Positions 32,025 through 42,596 of a stretch of DNA of 64,000 nucleotides are shown in pieces. The stretch is from Coraliomargaritaceae bacterium. Lineage in GTDB: Bacteria; Verrucomicrobiota; Verrucomicrobiia; Opitutales; Coraliomargaritaceae. The DNA is taken from assembly GCA_965656495.1 (NCBI GenBank), contig CBFHKU010000001.1, forward strand, positions 82,781-146,780, read 5' to 3'. A program made the translations under genes and the position numbers. The notes below the pieces were generated by a model. It had not been told where the DNA came from, did no database searches, and saw only the letters and a program-made list of their open reading frames with translations. Every line of letters begins with the position of its first letter. Positions within the stretch are counted from its first letter, which is position 1.

Positions 32025-33193
32025 GCGGTTTTCCTTTTTTTGAGGTATTTGGAGAAGTGGAGTCCGAATTGGTAGGTCATGCCGAGGCCCATGAGGAGGA
32101 CGCTGAAATAGGGGAGGAGCCAACCGGGGTTGCGGACGACTTGCAGGACGGTGGCGGTTTCGTCGGGTGAAAAGGAGGCTTGGTAGAAGGTGAGTCCTTC
32201 GTAGCGCAGGGGGTGGTTCATGTAGATGAGGGCCTGCTGTTTTTTGGCGGGGTCGGGATGGTGGGTGATGACTTTGCTGGAGAAGTTGAAGGGGATTTCG
32301 GTGCCGGGGTATTTGTCGTGGGCGAAGTCGAGGAGTTCGATTTCGAAGGGGTGGTAGTGGCGTTGGAAACGGAGGGCGATTTCGTATTCGCCCTGATCGG
32401 CCTGAATGGTTTGCGGGGGGAAGCGGTCGTCAATGAGGTTGGAGAGGAGCCAGACCCCGAGGGATGTATCGCCTTCGAGGATTTCGATGTAGGCGGTGGC
32501 GGTATTGATGGCTTTTTCGGAATAGTCGGGTGCTTGTGGAATGGCGGTCACACCCATTTTGGCGGCGACTCCACGGTTGGCGGGGTTGCGGGAACCTTGG
32601 GCCTGCACGAGTTGGGCGTTGGGGTAGAAGTGCAGGACGCGGGCGCGGAGGGTGGTGTCGGGGATATCGAGGGTACGTCCGGGTTTGAGGTCTTGCGCGG
32701 GGATGGTATGAACGCGGTCGAATTCGGTGTTGGAGCGGTCGATGAGAACAAGCTCATTGGCGCGGATGGTTTGGGAATAATTGGCGCGGCCACCTTCGGG
32801 GACGGTCATTTGGCTTTCGACGGCGAGGAGGTCGGTGAGGAGTTCGCTGACGATGAGGAGCATGAGCCCCAGGTGAATGGCGTAGAGTCCGAGCTTGGCG
32901 GCTTTGAGGGAGAAGCGGCGGCTGTAGGCGACGGTGAGGTTGATGAGCATGAGGCCCCCAATGGTGTAGCCACCGAACATGGGGATGCGAAGCCAGGTGA
33001 GTTGTTCGCCGGCAGGCCAGACGGCGGGGTATTGCCATGCGACGACGAAGCTTTCGAAGTAAAGCTTTTGGGTGTGCCAGATCCCGTATTCCACTTGGTC
33101 GATCGTGCCAAAGAAGATGAGCACCATCGAAGCGCTCAGAAGAATAACAGTAAGTTTGAGGGAACTGAAAATCTGTAGGAGGGCGGACAACAT
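32021..33193 (-). CDS. Cytochrome c biogenesis protein ResB/CcsB-like
   Basis: FSSLKLTVILL, GLYAIHLG, MNHPLRYEGLTFYQASF, RNPGWLLPY. Confidence 0.85.
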   Translation of the reverse strand: MLSALLQIFSSLKLTVILLSASMVLIFFGTIDQVEYGIWHTQKLYFESFVVAWQYPAVWPAGEQLTWLRIPMFGGYTIGGLMLINLTVAYSRRFSLKAAKLGLYAIHLGLMLLIVSELLTDLLAVESQMTVPEGGRANYSQTIRANELVLIDRSNTEFDRVHTIPAQDLKPGRTLDIPDTTLRARVLHFYPNAQLVQAQGSRNPANRGVAAKMGVTAIPQAPDYSEKAINTATAYIEILEGDTSLGVWLLSNLIDDRFPPQTIQADQGEYEIALRFQRHYHPFEIELLDFAHDKYPGTEIPFNFSSKVITHHPDPAKKQQALIYMNHPLRYEGLTFYQASFSPDETATVLQVVRNPGWLLPYFSVLLMGLGMTYQFGLHFSKYLKKRKTA

Positions 33194-33197
33194 TGTG

Positions 33198-33842
33198 CTA
33201 GTGGTGGTGATCCTCGATTTGGACGGAGTCTAGGAATTGCTGAAAGGCGGGTTCCTGACTGAGGACGGTTTTGGTATCGCCGAGCATTTTAAAGAACCAA
33301 GTCTTGCCGTGAAAGGGGAGGAGCACGCCGAGGATGGATTGGGTATCACCCGCCAAGCGCACATAGGTGGCGCGGTGATTGGAGACGGTGCTAGGGGTGG
33401 TGGCTTGCGGGAGGTCGGCGTTAGTGATGGCGGGGAGCCCGACTTGCTGGCGCCAGCGGTTGATGTTGGAGAGGAGTCCGCCCACGTCGCCGGGGAAGAC
33501 CGTGACGGTGATGGTGGCGGTGCCATCGGGACTGCTGTAATTGAGTTGAGCTTTGCGAATCCCGGAGGGGGATTGCTTGACCCAGCCCCCGGGGGTATCG
33601 AATTGAAGGTCGCCGGCAGCTTGTGCGGCTTCTGCCATACCCGGGAGGATTTGCATGTTACCGGGAGTCGCCGGTTTGGCGGGGGCGGGTGTTTGCGCGG
33701 GGGCGGTGATGGTGGCGGGCGGTCGTTCTTCCTTGGGGATGGTATAGCTGTGTGGCTTGGCGCGATCGCAGGACGCGAGGAGGCCGCCGCACAAGAGGAG
33801 GGCAAGTGGTTTCATTTTGCCAAGGTGATGTTGCTTTTGCAT
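33198..33842 (-). CDS. Hypothetical lipoprotein, first gene of the resB-ccsA operon
   Basis: Lipobox LLASC; NINRWRQQVGL and TWFFKMLG segments; 4-bp gap to resB. Confidence 0.75.
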   Translation of the reverse strand: MQKQHHLGKMKPLALLLCGGLLASCDRAKPHSYTIPKEERPPATITAPAQTPAPAKPATPGNMQILPGMAEAAQAAGDLQFDTPGGWVKQSPSGIRKAQLNYSSPDGTATITVTVFPGDVGGLLSNINRWRQQVGLPAITNADLPQATTPSTVSNHRATYVRLAGDTQSILGVLLPFHGKTWFFKMLGDTKTVLSQEPAFQQFLDSVQIEDHHH

Positions 33843-33920
33843 ATCCGTTTAAGGGATTTCGACCGCTCGAAATGTCAACCTGTGGCCTGCGATGCAGTCC
33901 TGCTATTAGTAATTCTGCTA

Positions 33921-35024
33921 TTAATTATTAAAACGAAAGAGGGCGACATCGCCGTCTTTGAATTCGTAGTCTTTGCCTTCGAGGCGGTATTTGCCGGCCT
34001 CGCGGGCACCGGCGGTACTGCCCGCGGCGATGAGGTCGTCGTAGCTGACGACCTCAGCTTTGATGAAGCCTTTTTCAAAATCGGTATGGATGACCCCGGC
34101 GCATTGGGGGGCTTTCATGCCGTTGCGGAAGGTCCAGGCGCGGACTTCCTGTTCGCCTGCGGTAAAGTAGGAGGCGAGTCCGAGAAGGTCGTAGGCGGCG
34201 CGAATGAGGAGGGAGACGCCGGAATCGGTGATACCGAGGGATTCGAGGTATTCGGCGGCTTCGGCTTCATCAAAGTCGATGAGTTCTGCTTCGACGGCGG
34301 CGGAGACGATACAGATGCCGGCGCCGTAATGCTCGCGGGCGTAGGTTTCGACTTTCTGGACGTAGGGGTTCTGGCTGGGGTCGGCGAGGTCACCTTCCGC
34401 GACATTGCAGGCGTAGAGGACGCGTTTGGCGCTCAGGAGGCAAAGGCGTTTGAGGGTGATTTTTTCTTCGTCGGAAAGTTCGAGGGTAAGGGCGGGTTTG
34501 TTTTCGTTGAGATGCGGGAGGAGGCGATCGATCAGTTCGATATTCTCGGCGGCTTCTTTGTCGCCACCCCGGGCTTTTTTGGTGCTCTTTTCTTTTTGGC
34601 TTTCGAGGGAGGCGAGGTCGGCGAGGATGAGTTCGGTATTGATGACCTCGATATCGCGGAGGGGGTCAATCGATCCCATGTTGTGAATGATGTCTTCATC
34701 CTCGAAGCAACGCACCACGTGGACGACGGCATCGACTTCTCGGATATTGGCGAGGAATTTGTTGCCGAGTCCTTCGCCCTTACTGGCACCGGCGACGAGC
34801 CCGGCGATGTCGACAAATTCGATGGCGGCGGGAATGACGCGATCGGTTTTGGCGATGGCGCGGAGGGGTTCGAGGCGTGCGTCCGGCACTTGCACCACTC
34901 CGACGTTTGGGTCGATGGTGCAGAAAGGATAGTTGGCTGATTCAGCCTTGCGGGTACGGGTAAGGGCGTTGAAGAGGGTGCTCTTCCCGACATTGGGTAA
35001 ACCTACGATTCCAGCTTGTAGCAT
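33921..35024 (-). CDS. ychF: Redox-regulated ATPase YchF
   Basis: [55 protein letters not shown]. Confidence 0.97.
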   Translation of the reverse strand: MLQAGIVGLPNVGKSTLFNALTRTRKAESANYPFCTIDPNVGVVQVPDARLEPLRAIAKTDRVIPAAIEFVDIAGLVAGASKGEGLGNKFLANIREVDAVVHVVRCFEDEDIIHNMGSIDPLRDIEVINTELILADLASLESQKEKSTKKARGGDKEAAENIELIDRLLPHLNENKPALTLELSDEEKITLKRLCLLSAKRVLYACNVAEGDLADPSQNPYVQKVETYAREHYGAGICIVSAAVEAELIDFDEAEAAEYLESLGITDSGVSLLIRAAYDLLGLASYFTAGEQEVRAWTFRNGMKAPQCAGVIHTDFEKGFIKAEVVSYDDLIAAGSTAGAREAGKYRLEGKDYEFKDGDVALFRFNN

Positions 35025-35126
35025 AAGGGAGGAAGGTTGGCTTTTGGTGGATGCGGTGCAATGTTAAATCGTCGCGGAATGGTGGTGGGGCTTGCCTGAG
35101 GGCGGGGTTTTTGTATTTTGCGGGTT

Positions 35127-36575
35127 ATGGCATCTAAAAAATCCAGCACCGCGGCATTGGCGCTCCGGGCCTTGCGCCGGAAATTACCCGGGCGGGTTTC
35201 GGTGACGGAGGCGGCGCGTTTCAAGGCCTCGGTGGATAATTTGCGGCTTTCGTTTATGCCGGATGCGGTAGTGCGGGTCGCGGCGGCGGAGGAAGTGGGG
35301 GTAGTTTTGAAATTGGCGCACCAATACGGGATTCCGGTGACGGCGCGTGGGGCGGGTTCATCGGCGACCGGTTCGGCGGTTCCCTTGCGGGGTGGATGGG
35401 CTTTGGATTTGAGCGGTTTAAATGGCGTGAAGATCGATGCGGTCTCACGTATTGCGACGGTGGGGGCGGGGGTCGTGACGGCGGATTTGCAAGCACGTGC
35501 GGAAAAAGTGGGTTTGTTTTATCCACCGGATCCGTCCTCGAAAAACTACAGCACGATCGGGGGTAACATCGCCTGCAATGCGGGGGGGATGCGTTGTGTG
35601 AAGTATGGGGTGACGCGGGATTACGTGCTCGGCCTGAGTGGATTTTTGGCGGATGGAAGTCCGGTGCAATGGGGCTTGCCGCTGAAGAAGTATGTCTCGG
35701 GTTTAAACCTGAAGGATTTGTGGATTGGATCGGAGGGCACGCTGGGTGTGGTGACGGAGGCAAATCTGCGTTTGGTGCGCCAACCGGAGCAACGTTGGAT
35801 GGGTTTGTTTGCCTTTCGCACTGAAGCGGGAGCCTTGCGGGCAGTACGGGATTTATTGAAGGCGGGGATCGAGCCCTCGATTCTGGAATTTCTGGACCGG
35901 CAAAGCGTCGCCTGCGCGGAAGCTTATAGTGATAGGGTACTGGTGGAGGGGATGCCGGGTGCCGCGATTCTCTTGATTGAATTGGATGGGGCAGGCTCGG
36001 AGGTTCGCAGGCAACGAGCGCAACTGAAGGAATTTATGGCGGGCAAAGCGGCGGTTTCAAAGGAAGCACGGACGACCGCGCAGGCGGAAAAACTGTGGCA
36101 GGTGCGCCGGACTTGTTCGCAGTCGATGTATTCCCTGGGTGATACCAAGTTGAATGAGGATGTGGTTGTGCCGATTGGGAAACAGGCAGAATTAATCCGT
36201 TATACCATAGCCTTGAAAAAAGAGATTGGATTGCCGACTCCGACCTATGGTCATGCGGGGGATGGAAATCTGCATGTGCACATCATGTATAATCGGGGCG
36301 AGTCCTCGGAGGCGAAGCGCGCCAAGGCGGGGATTCGAAAGCTCATGAAAAAGGTCGTGGATTTGGGCGGTGCGATAACCGGGGAGCACGGGATCGGTTT
36401 GGCGAAAATTCCGTTTATGGAACTGCAACACAGCAAAGCGGAAATCAAGGCAATGCGGGCGGTCAAGGCGGCCCTGGATCCAAAGGGGATCCTCAACCCC
36501 GGGAAAATGTTTGAACCGTTTGAAGTTTGGGATCACGAACCGGTCGAGGTGAAGCTTTCCTGGGATCACCATTAA
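35127..36575 (+). CDS. FAD-linked oxidase, GlcD / D-2-hydroxyacid dehydrogenase family
   Basis: YPPDPSS, TIGGNIACNAGG, GSEGTLG, GHAGDGNLH, GEHGIG, LNPGK. Confidence 0.88.
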   Translation: MASKKSSTAALALRALRRKLPGRVSVTEAARFKASVDNLRLSFMPDAVVRVAAAEEVGVVLKLAHQYGIPVTARGAGSSATGSAVPLRGGWALDLSGLNGVKIDAVSRIATVGAGVVTADLQARAEKVGLFYPPDPSSKNYSTIGGNIACNAGGMRCVKYGVTRDYVLGLSGFLADGSPVQWGLPLKKYVSGLNLKDLWIGSEGTLGVVTEANLRLVRQPEQRWMGLFAFRTEAGALRAVRDLLKAGIEPSILEFLDRQSVACAEAYSDRVLVEGMPGAAILLIELDGAGSEVRRQRAQLKEFMAGKAAVSKEARTTAQAEKLWQVRRTCSQSMYSLGDTKLNEDVVVPIGKQAELIRYTIALKKEIGLPTPTYGHAGDGNLHVHIMYNRGESSEAKRAKAGIRKLMKKVVDLGGAITGEHGIGLAKIPFMELQHSKAEIKAMRAVKAALDPKGILNPGKMFEPFEVWDHEPVEVKLSWDHH

Positions 36576-36580
36576 GGGCG

Positions 36581-36895
36581 ATGGAGCAGGCTTTACTCAT
36601 TGGATGGACTACGGTTGGCAGCGAAGCGGCGGCGGAGCAACTGGCGCAGGCATTAGTTGAGGCAGGTCTGGCGGCCTGTGTGCAGATTGAGGCCGGTCTG
36701 GTTTCGCACTACCAATGGAAAGGGAAGCACTGCCGGGAATCGGAGTGGCGCTTAACGGTGAAATTTGCCGCTGCCAAAGGGGAGGCCGTGGAGGCATATC
36801 TCTTGGAGGCGCATCCCTACGAGACTCCGGAATGGGTGGTGGTGCGAGCGGAGGCGGTTGCGCCCGCTTACTTGCGCTGGGTTTTGGGTGAATAG
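36581..36895 (+). CDS. cutA: Divalent-cation tolerance protein CutA
   Basis: LVEAGLAACVQ, SHYQWKG, HPYETPE. Confidence 0.9.
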   Translation: MEQALLIGWTTVGSEAAAEQLAQALVEAGLAACVQIEAGLVSHYQWKGKHCRESEWRLTVKFAAAKGEAVEAYLLEAHPYETPEWVVVRAEAVAPAYLRWVLGE

Positions 36896-37045
36896 AGTTT
36901 CGTGGTTCCCAAAAGCCGTAAAATAGGCTATATATCCTATATAAATATAGGTTAAAAATAAACATTGCAAAAATTATGCATTTCGGGTGATACTCAGAGC
37001 TTGGATCCTATGAAGGGATGGATTATTAAAAGCGATGGAAGGGAG

Positions 37046-37216
37046 ATGCGCACTATGAGGGAATATGATTTATTATTGGCAGTCGTCTTACTGATGGTTT
37101 TTGGCTTGCTGGGTTACCACTATGGGCAGACTTTGAAGGATTCGGGCGCAACGGCGGAGACTTCACAGCAGACATACTCGGCGGCGGCATCAGCAGCGGT
37201 TCCCTTTGGGAAGTAA
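37046..37216 (+). CDS. Small hypothetical single-TM protein (start uncertain)
   Basis: GGGAG upstream of the ATG; hydrophobic stretch LLLAVVLLMVFGLLG. Confidence 0.4.
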   Translation: MRTMREYDLLLAVVLLMVFGLLGYHYGQTLKDSGATAETSQQTYSAAASAAVPFGK

Positions 37217-37411
37217 GGCTGCGCAGCTTTCAGCACAAAGGATGGGTCCTACTTGGTTCGAGCAAGCTTTAGGGCAAATTAAATTTATTTTAAATAGAAT
37301 TAACATTATACAAAAAAATAATAATACCTAATATGTTTGCATATTTGTTTTAATGGAACAAGTTTGCATGAGTCGCTAACTAAAGTCCTACCCTCCTCAA
37401 TCCAATATATT

Positions 37412-40400
37412 ATGCGAAATCGCTATACTTTAATCATTCTGCTCTTGATCGCATTTTTGGGAGGACTCGCTTATTTTTTAGGAAGCCGGGCGAGTGATGA
37501 CGTGGCAGCGGCAAGCGTCAATGAAAGCGAAGCTGGAAGCAATCCAGCCCAGATGAACAGTGATGCGGCTTTGGAAGGAGCGATGGAGGAGCAAGAGCCA
37601 GAACCGGGTTCTATTGGGGTGGCAGGCGCTGTTAATGATGAAAATAAGGTTGGAGATAAAGGTGCCGGGCTTGCCCGAAGCGGGCAAACGCATATCATGC
37701 AGCTTATCAAGGGCGCCAAGCTTTTGGATGAGGCCACGGTTACAGGAGCCAAGGGTCAGAAGACGATTCGCGTCTATGATGTTGGGAGTCGCTTTAAATA
37801 CCCGTTCGTGCGGGTTGAAACCCTTGAGGCTGAGACGGGGGCGGGTCCAATGACCGCGATGGTGGCGGATCATTTGATCGTTCGGGTCAAGGATCTTGAG
37901 GCTTCTTCGGAGCAGGTAGGTGATAGGATGCAGGAAATGGGTCTTATGGTGCGCAAAACGATGCACACTGCGGGGCATTTTCTGGTTAGTCCAAATCCGG
38001 AGAGCACCGTGCGGCCTTCATTTTTGCTGGAGTCGCTGCAGGATCAACTTGGTAATGCCGTGGAAGTGGCGGAGCCGGACTTTATTGTTTTCACAACGGA
38101 AGTTATTCCCGATGACCCAAGTTTTGACCGGTTGTGGGGTTTGCATAATACCGGACCCGGAAGCGCGGTTGAGGATGCAGATATCGATGCACCGGAGGCT
38201 TGGGAAATTACGACGGGGTCGCGGAGTATTAAAGTTGGCGTAATTGATACGGGGGTGGATTATGATCACCCCGACCTAGCAGCCAATATGTGGACCAATC
38301 CGGGTGAAATTGCGGGAGATGGGATTGATAATGATAATAATGGATTTGTGGATGACATTCATGGATGGGATTTTGCGTATGATGACAGTGATCCGATGGA
38401 TGTACAGAATCATGGAACGCACTGTGCGGGGACTATTGGTGCGGTAGGCGACAATGGCTTGGGAGTCGCCGGAGTAAACTGGGAAGTAACGATTGTAGCG
38501 TTGAAGTTCCTCAACGATCGTGGGAGTGGAGCGATTTCAGATGCGATTGATGCGCTCAATTATGCGGTATTGATGGATCTTGATTTGACTTCGAACAGTT
38601 GGGGCGGGGGAGGTTCCAGTGAATTGATGAAGGCGGCGATTGGGCGTGCAGGTGAGGCGAACCAACTGTTTGTTGCGGCGGCAGGTAATGATAGCTCAAA
38701 CATGGAGTATCAAGCCCACTATCCGGCGAGTTATAGTTTTGATGCAGAGTTGGATAATATAATCTCGGTGGCTTCTTTGGATTCGGCGGATCATCTTTCA
38801 GGATTTTCAAATTATGGGATAACTACTACTGATTTGGGGGCTCCTGGGTCGGCAATTTACAGCACCATTCCCGGGGCCCGATATGCTAGTTTTTCGGGGA
38901 CTTCAATGGCAGCTCCACATGTGTCGGGTGCTTTGGCTTTATATTTGAGTGTGACGGATGTGGAATTTAAAAAAGCAAAAGAAGATCTCTTAGAGTCGGT
39001 AGATGAAATTCCAGCCCTGACAGATCGTTGTGTCTCTGAGGGTCGTCTGAATGTTTTTAATCTTTTGATGAAAGCCAAGGTGCCGTTTTTGAAGGTAGCT
39101 TCGATTGTAGAGGCAAGTGACTTAGGGGAGTCTCAGATTCATAGCCCAGGGGAGACGGTTACGATGGAGCTGGAATTTGAAAATAAAGGCCTGGAAGATG
39201 CGATGGATGTAGTGGCTGAGTTGAGGACTACGGATTCGGAAATTGAGTTATTGGTGGATCGCCTTGAATTGGGTGATATTGGAGCGCAGTCAGTCCAAAA
39301 GGCGGCGAGTTTGTTTCGTTTTCGCATTCCGGAAAGTGTGGTGGCACCCAAGGGGATCCCATTCGAGATTGTTATGAAAGACGGAGCGGGGCAGGAGTGG
39401 TTGCATGCATTTGAGGCTAAGGTAAATGATGAAATAACGATTACCGGAAGGGTGCAGGTTTTTGGCAGCGGTAGCCCACTTGAGGGAGTAGCGGTCGCAT
39501 ACAGTAGTGCAAATAATAGTAATGGCCCGAGTTTGTCGGGTGAGGTGGTTACCGATGCGAATGGTGTCTTTAGTTTTCAGGGGATTGCCGGCCAAGTTAT
39601 GGTAAGGTTAGAAAAGGCGGGTTATCTTACCATGAACCGTGAGATTATCGCGGGTGCCGGGGAGTTGAATCCTTTTGTAATGCGTTCTCCGCGTATCGAG
39701 TATGATAGCGATCGCTTGGTTATTGAAGTACTAGAGGGAGAAACCGCCGAGGCTGCTTTTGAATTCAGTAATGTAGGGGATAGTTATATGTCTTATCAGG
39801 TGGGCAGCGGTGGAAGCGGTCGAATTGGCTTGCGTGCACCGGTTCCGGTCACGGTTGAGCATACGATCGAGGATTCTTTTGTATGGTCGGATATATCTGA
39901 GTCGGGGACGGTAATCGAACTGGGTGATGACACGGTTTCGGAGCGTATAAATTTAGGATTTAATTTTCATCTTTATGAAAAGGATTATCAATCACTGAAG
40001 GTAGGATCCAATGGGCTATTGCTATTCAAGGGGGAAACCAATCCGTATGCTAATGTTAGCTTGAGAGAGGTGAATGCCCCCAATGAAGCCCTCGCTTATT
40101 TTTGGAGTGATTTAAATTTTGAGAGCTCAGGGGCGACTGCCTTTTACAAGCGGGAGCCCGGTAAAATAATTTTTCAATTTAAAGAGGTTCCTTTTTTTGT
40201 TTTCAGTACGAAAAAAGTTAGTGCGCAAGTTATATTAAGTGATGATGATAGCGTAACGGTTTATTATAAAAAGATTGATAATCCGACTGGAGGTACAGTG
40301 GGCATTAGGGGTGATGGGCTTGCGCAGGTGCATGAGGTGTCTTATGGGCATTCAGTTTTGAGTTCAGGATCAACGCTCTTGATAAAGCAAAATAACGGTA

Positions 40401-42526
40401 AGTTTGGTTACGTAAACGATTCAGGTTCTGGAGTTTTGCAGGCGGGTGATACGAAGCGGATAGGTATTAAGCTGAATGCCGGTTCCCTGACGCCGGGCGT
40501 TTACCGCGATTCGTTTAAGCTAACGGGTGAATGGGCCGATTACGATGGGGGTAAGGAAATTGAAATCGAATTGCGGGTATTACCGGCGCCGAATTTTCAA
40601 GTTGCGGAAACCTCACTAACTGAAACCGGAATTGAGTTTGAGGGTGTAAGTCAAAACGATGGTGATGGATTTGTTGAGGCGGGCGAAACGGCAGAATTGG
40701 CGCTTTCCCTCGAAAATGTTGGGTCTGTAGATTCAAGCCTTTTGTCAGCGGAAATTGTCAGTGACAGTCCCCACGTAGAGGTAGTGCAACAGGACAGTTC
40801 TTTTGAGGCTATTGTTGCGGGGGAGACTGGGACCTGTGAGTTACCTTTCGCAGTTAAGTTTGATGAAATGGCAGCATTGGGAGATCCCCTAAAAATGTAT
40901 GTGAAATTACTGGATACGAACCAGCGCATACAGAGCATACCGTTTGAACTGGAAGTTCTTTATAATCATGAAATAAGTGGGCACGTGACTGAACTTGGAG
41001 CCGGGGAACCCTTGTCAGGTGTGACCATACGCTGTGGGGAAGAAATAACCCAAACAGACTTAGCGGGTTTCTATAGACTGGAAATGAGTCAGCCCGGATC
41101 CTATAGCCTGACTGCCAGCAAAGAGCATTACGAATCGATTGAGCAATCGCTTGAACTTCCTGAACGTCCTTCCAGAGGAGTGGTTGATTTTGCATTGTCG
41201 AGTCCAATGATTGGCGCGAGCGCCGACTTGTTGGACTTTGTTTTATATCAGGGCGAGGTCTTTGAAGGGGAAATTGAACTCTTAAATCGTGGTACCGGGT
41301 CTTTACAGTGGGAAATTACTTCAAGTATGGAGTGGAAGAATTTCAAAGGATACGAATTAAAATTGGATACGCCGTATGTGTGGGATGATATCTCAACTCG
41401 TGGTAGAAATATTTCCATGAATGATGATGTGGTGATAGGGCCCGTTTCACTTGAGCAAAGCTTTGAATTTTACGGAAAGCGTTTTGAGAATCTTTATGTA
41501 AGTTCCAATGGATTCATAAGTTTTGATGAAGATTTCGCGCCCAGATATGACAATACAGCTTTAGAGGATAGCAGTACGGGCCTGAATAAGTTGGCTTTTT
41601 TCTGGAAGGATTTAGTGATTGATGGAGGTTCGAGTGGTCGCTGTTACACACACACCGAGGCAGATGGAACCTTTGTCCTGCAGTTTTCGAATGTACCCGA
41701 ATACTTCTATGGTCATAGGGTATGGGCGCAAGCGAGACTCAAGCCGGATGGTTCCATTCGTCTCATCTACAGTCAGGTCGATAATGCCGATGAGGTTGTG
41801 GTTGGATTAAAAGGAAATAACAGTCGGGAAGTTTTTGATGTGCTATCGCACGTCCCTGAAATTAAGGCGAGAAGTGTTTTTGAGCTAAAACCCCAGGCAG
41901 GTCTTTTCGGAAAATGGGAAGATTCAATGGGCGGGACGATTGATAAGGATTCCGTTAAATTGAGGTTTACAATTGATGCCACTGGATTAGCGCCGGGACG
42001 CTATCACCATTACATTGAGATCAATTCCAATGATGTGCACGGTAAGAAGTTACTCCGGATTCCGGTTCGTTTGGTCGTGTATCAAAATGATAGTTATGAA
42101 TCATTTATGAAGCAGCATCAGGTGCCGGATGACCGACGGGGAATTCTTGAGGATTTGGATCATGACGGCTTAAGCAATCTCGAAGAATTTGCCTTTGGTT
42201 TGGATCCGACTTCCGGTGAGGGTGCTTCCGGTCTTAACCTGCTCTCAATCATATCGACCGCAAATGAGGGAAGCCTCGGGACGCAGAATACGCCATCCAA
42301 TGAGAAAGTTCTCAATTTTGAATATAGCCGTCGGACGGATGAAGCCGGTCTCGATTATTTGCTTCAATCTTGCGAGGAATTGATGGGCGAGTGGCAAACC
42401 ATTGAGGCCCGGAGTGAGACGACCCGCGTCACAAGCGATGCCAATATTGAAAAAGTGCACGTCACCATCCCGCTTGATGCCACCAAGCCGAACCGGTTCT
42501 ACCGTATTGAGGTTGTTCCAAGATAA
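37412..42526 (+). CDS. Large secreted S8 subtilisin-like serine protease with multiple beta-sandwich domains
   Basis: Triad VIDTG / HGTHCAG / GTSMAAPHV and NSWGG; N-terminal TM; two internal repeats (..WxDIS..SNG..FFWxDL..); C-terminal DHDGLSNLEEFAFGLDP...RFYRIEV. Confidence 0.9.
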   Translation: MRNRYTLIILLLIAFLGGLAYFLGSRASDDVAAASVNESEAGSNPAQMNSDAALEGAMEEQEPEPGSIGVAGAVNDENKVGDKGAGLARSGQTHIMQLIKGAKLLDEATVTGAKGQKTIRVYDVGSRFKYPFVRVETLEAETGAGPMTAMVADHLIVRVKDLEASSEQVGDRMQEMGLMVRKTMHTAGHFLVSPNPESTVRPSFLLESLQDQLGNAVEVAEPDFIVFTTEVIPDDPSFDRLWGLHNTGPGSAVEDADIDAPEAWEITTGSRSIKVGVIDTGVDYDHPDLAANMWTNPGEIAGDGIDNDNNGFVDDIHGWDFAYDDSDPMDVQNHGTHCAGTIGAVGDNGLGVAGVNWEVTIVALKFLNDRGSGAISDAIDALNYAVLMDLDLTSNSWGGGGSSELMKAAIGRAGEANQLFVAAAGNDSSNMEYQAHYPASYSFDAELDNIISVASLDSADHLSGFSNYGITTTDLGAPGSAIYSTIPGARYASFSGTSMAAPHVSGALALYLSVTDVEFKKAKEDLLESVDEIPALTDRCVSEGRLNVFNLLMKAKVPFLKVASIVEASDLGESQIHSPGETVTMELEFENKGLEDAMDVVAELRTTDSEIELLVDRLELGDIGAQSVQKAASLFRFRIPESVVAPKGIPFEIVMKDGAGQEWLHAFEAKVNDEITITGRVQVFGSGSPLEGVAVAYSSANNSNGPSLSGEVVTDANGVFSFQGIAGQVMVRLEKAGYLTMNREIIAGAGELNPFVMRSPRIEYDSDRLVIEVLEGETAEAAFEFSNVGDSYMSYQVGSGGSGRIGLRAPVPVTVEHTIEDSFVWSDISESGTVIELGDDTVSERINLGFNFHLYEKDYQSLKVGSNGLLLFKGETNPYANVSLREVNAPNEALAYFWSDLNFESSGATAFYKREPGKIIFQFKEVPFFVFSTKKVSAQVILSDDDSVTVYYKKIDNPTGGTVGIRGDGLAQVHEVSYGHSVLSSGSTLLIKQNNGKFGYVNDSGSGVLQAGDTKRIGIKLNAGSLTPGVYRDSFKLTGEWADYDGGKEIEIELRVLPAPNFQVAETSLTETGIEFEGVSQNDGDGFVEAGETAELALSLENVGSVDSSLLSAEIVSDSPHVEVVQQDSSFEAIVAGETGTCELPFAVKFDEMAALGDPLKMYVKLLDTNQRIQSIPFELEVLYNHEISGHVTELGAGEPLSGVTIRCGEEITQTDLAGFYRLEMSQPGSYSLTASKEHYESIEQSLELPERPSRGVVDFALSSPMIGASADLLDFVLYQGEVFEGEIELLNRGTGSLQWEITSSMEWKNFKGYELKLDTPYVWDDISTRGRNISMNDDVVIGPVSLEQSFEFYGKRFENLYVSSNGFISFDEDFAPRYDNTALEDSSTGLNKLAFFWKDLVIDGGSSGRCYTHTEADGTFVLQFSNVPEYFYGHRVWAQARLKPDGSIRLIYSQVDNADEVVVGLKGNNSREVFDVLSHVPEIKARSVFELKPQAGLFGKWEDSMGGTIDKDSVKLRFTIDATGLAPGRYHHYIEINSNDVHGKKLLRIPVRLVVYQNDSYESFMKQHQVPDDRRGILEDLDHDGLSNLEEFAFGLDPTSGEGASGLNLLSIISTANEGSLGTQNTPSNEKVLNFEYSRRTDEAGLDYLLQSCEELMGEWQTIEARSETTRVTSDANIEKVHVTIPLDATKPNRFYRIEVVPR

Positions 42527-42596
42527 AACTTAGTTCGTCGGCTTATTGCGTCACTTTTTGCTTTATTTAAAGCGGCTGCGGGTGCGATGTTAGGGT

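Noticed and set aside
30240..34940. Long antisense ORFs (30240-31982, 32180-33178, 33237-34940) and similar shadows of pnp, sulP and the TPR gene
   Set aside because: Shadow frames of well-supported genes, caused by biased codon usage; they contain no recognisable motifs.
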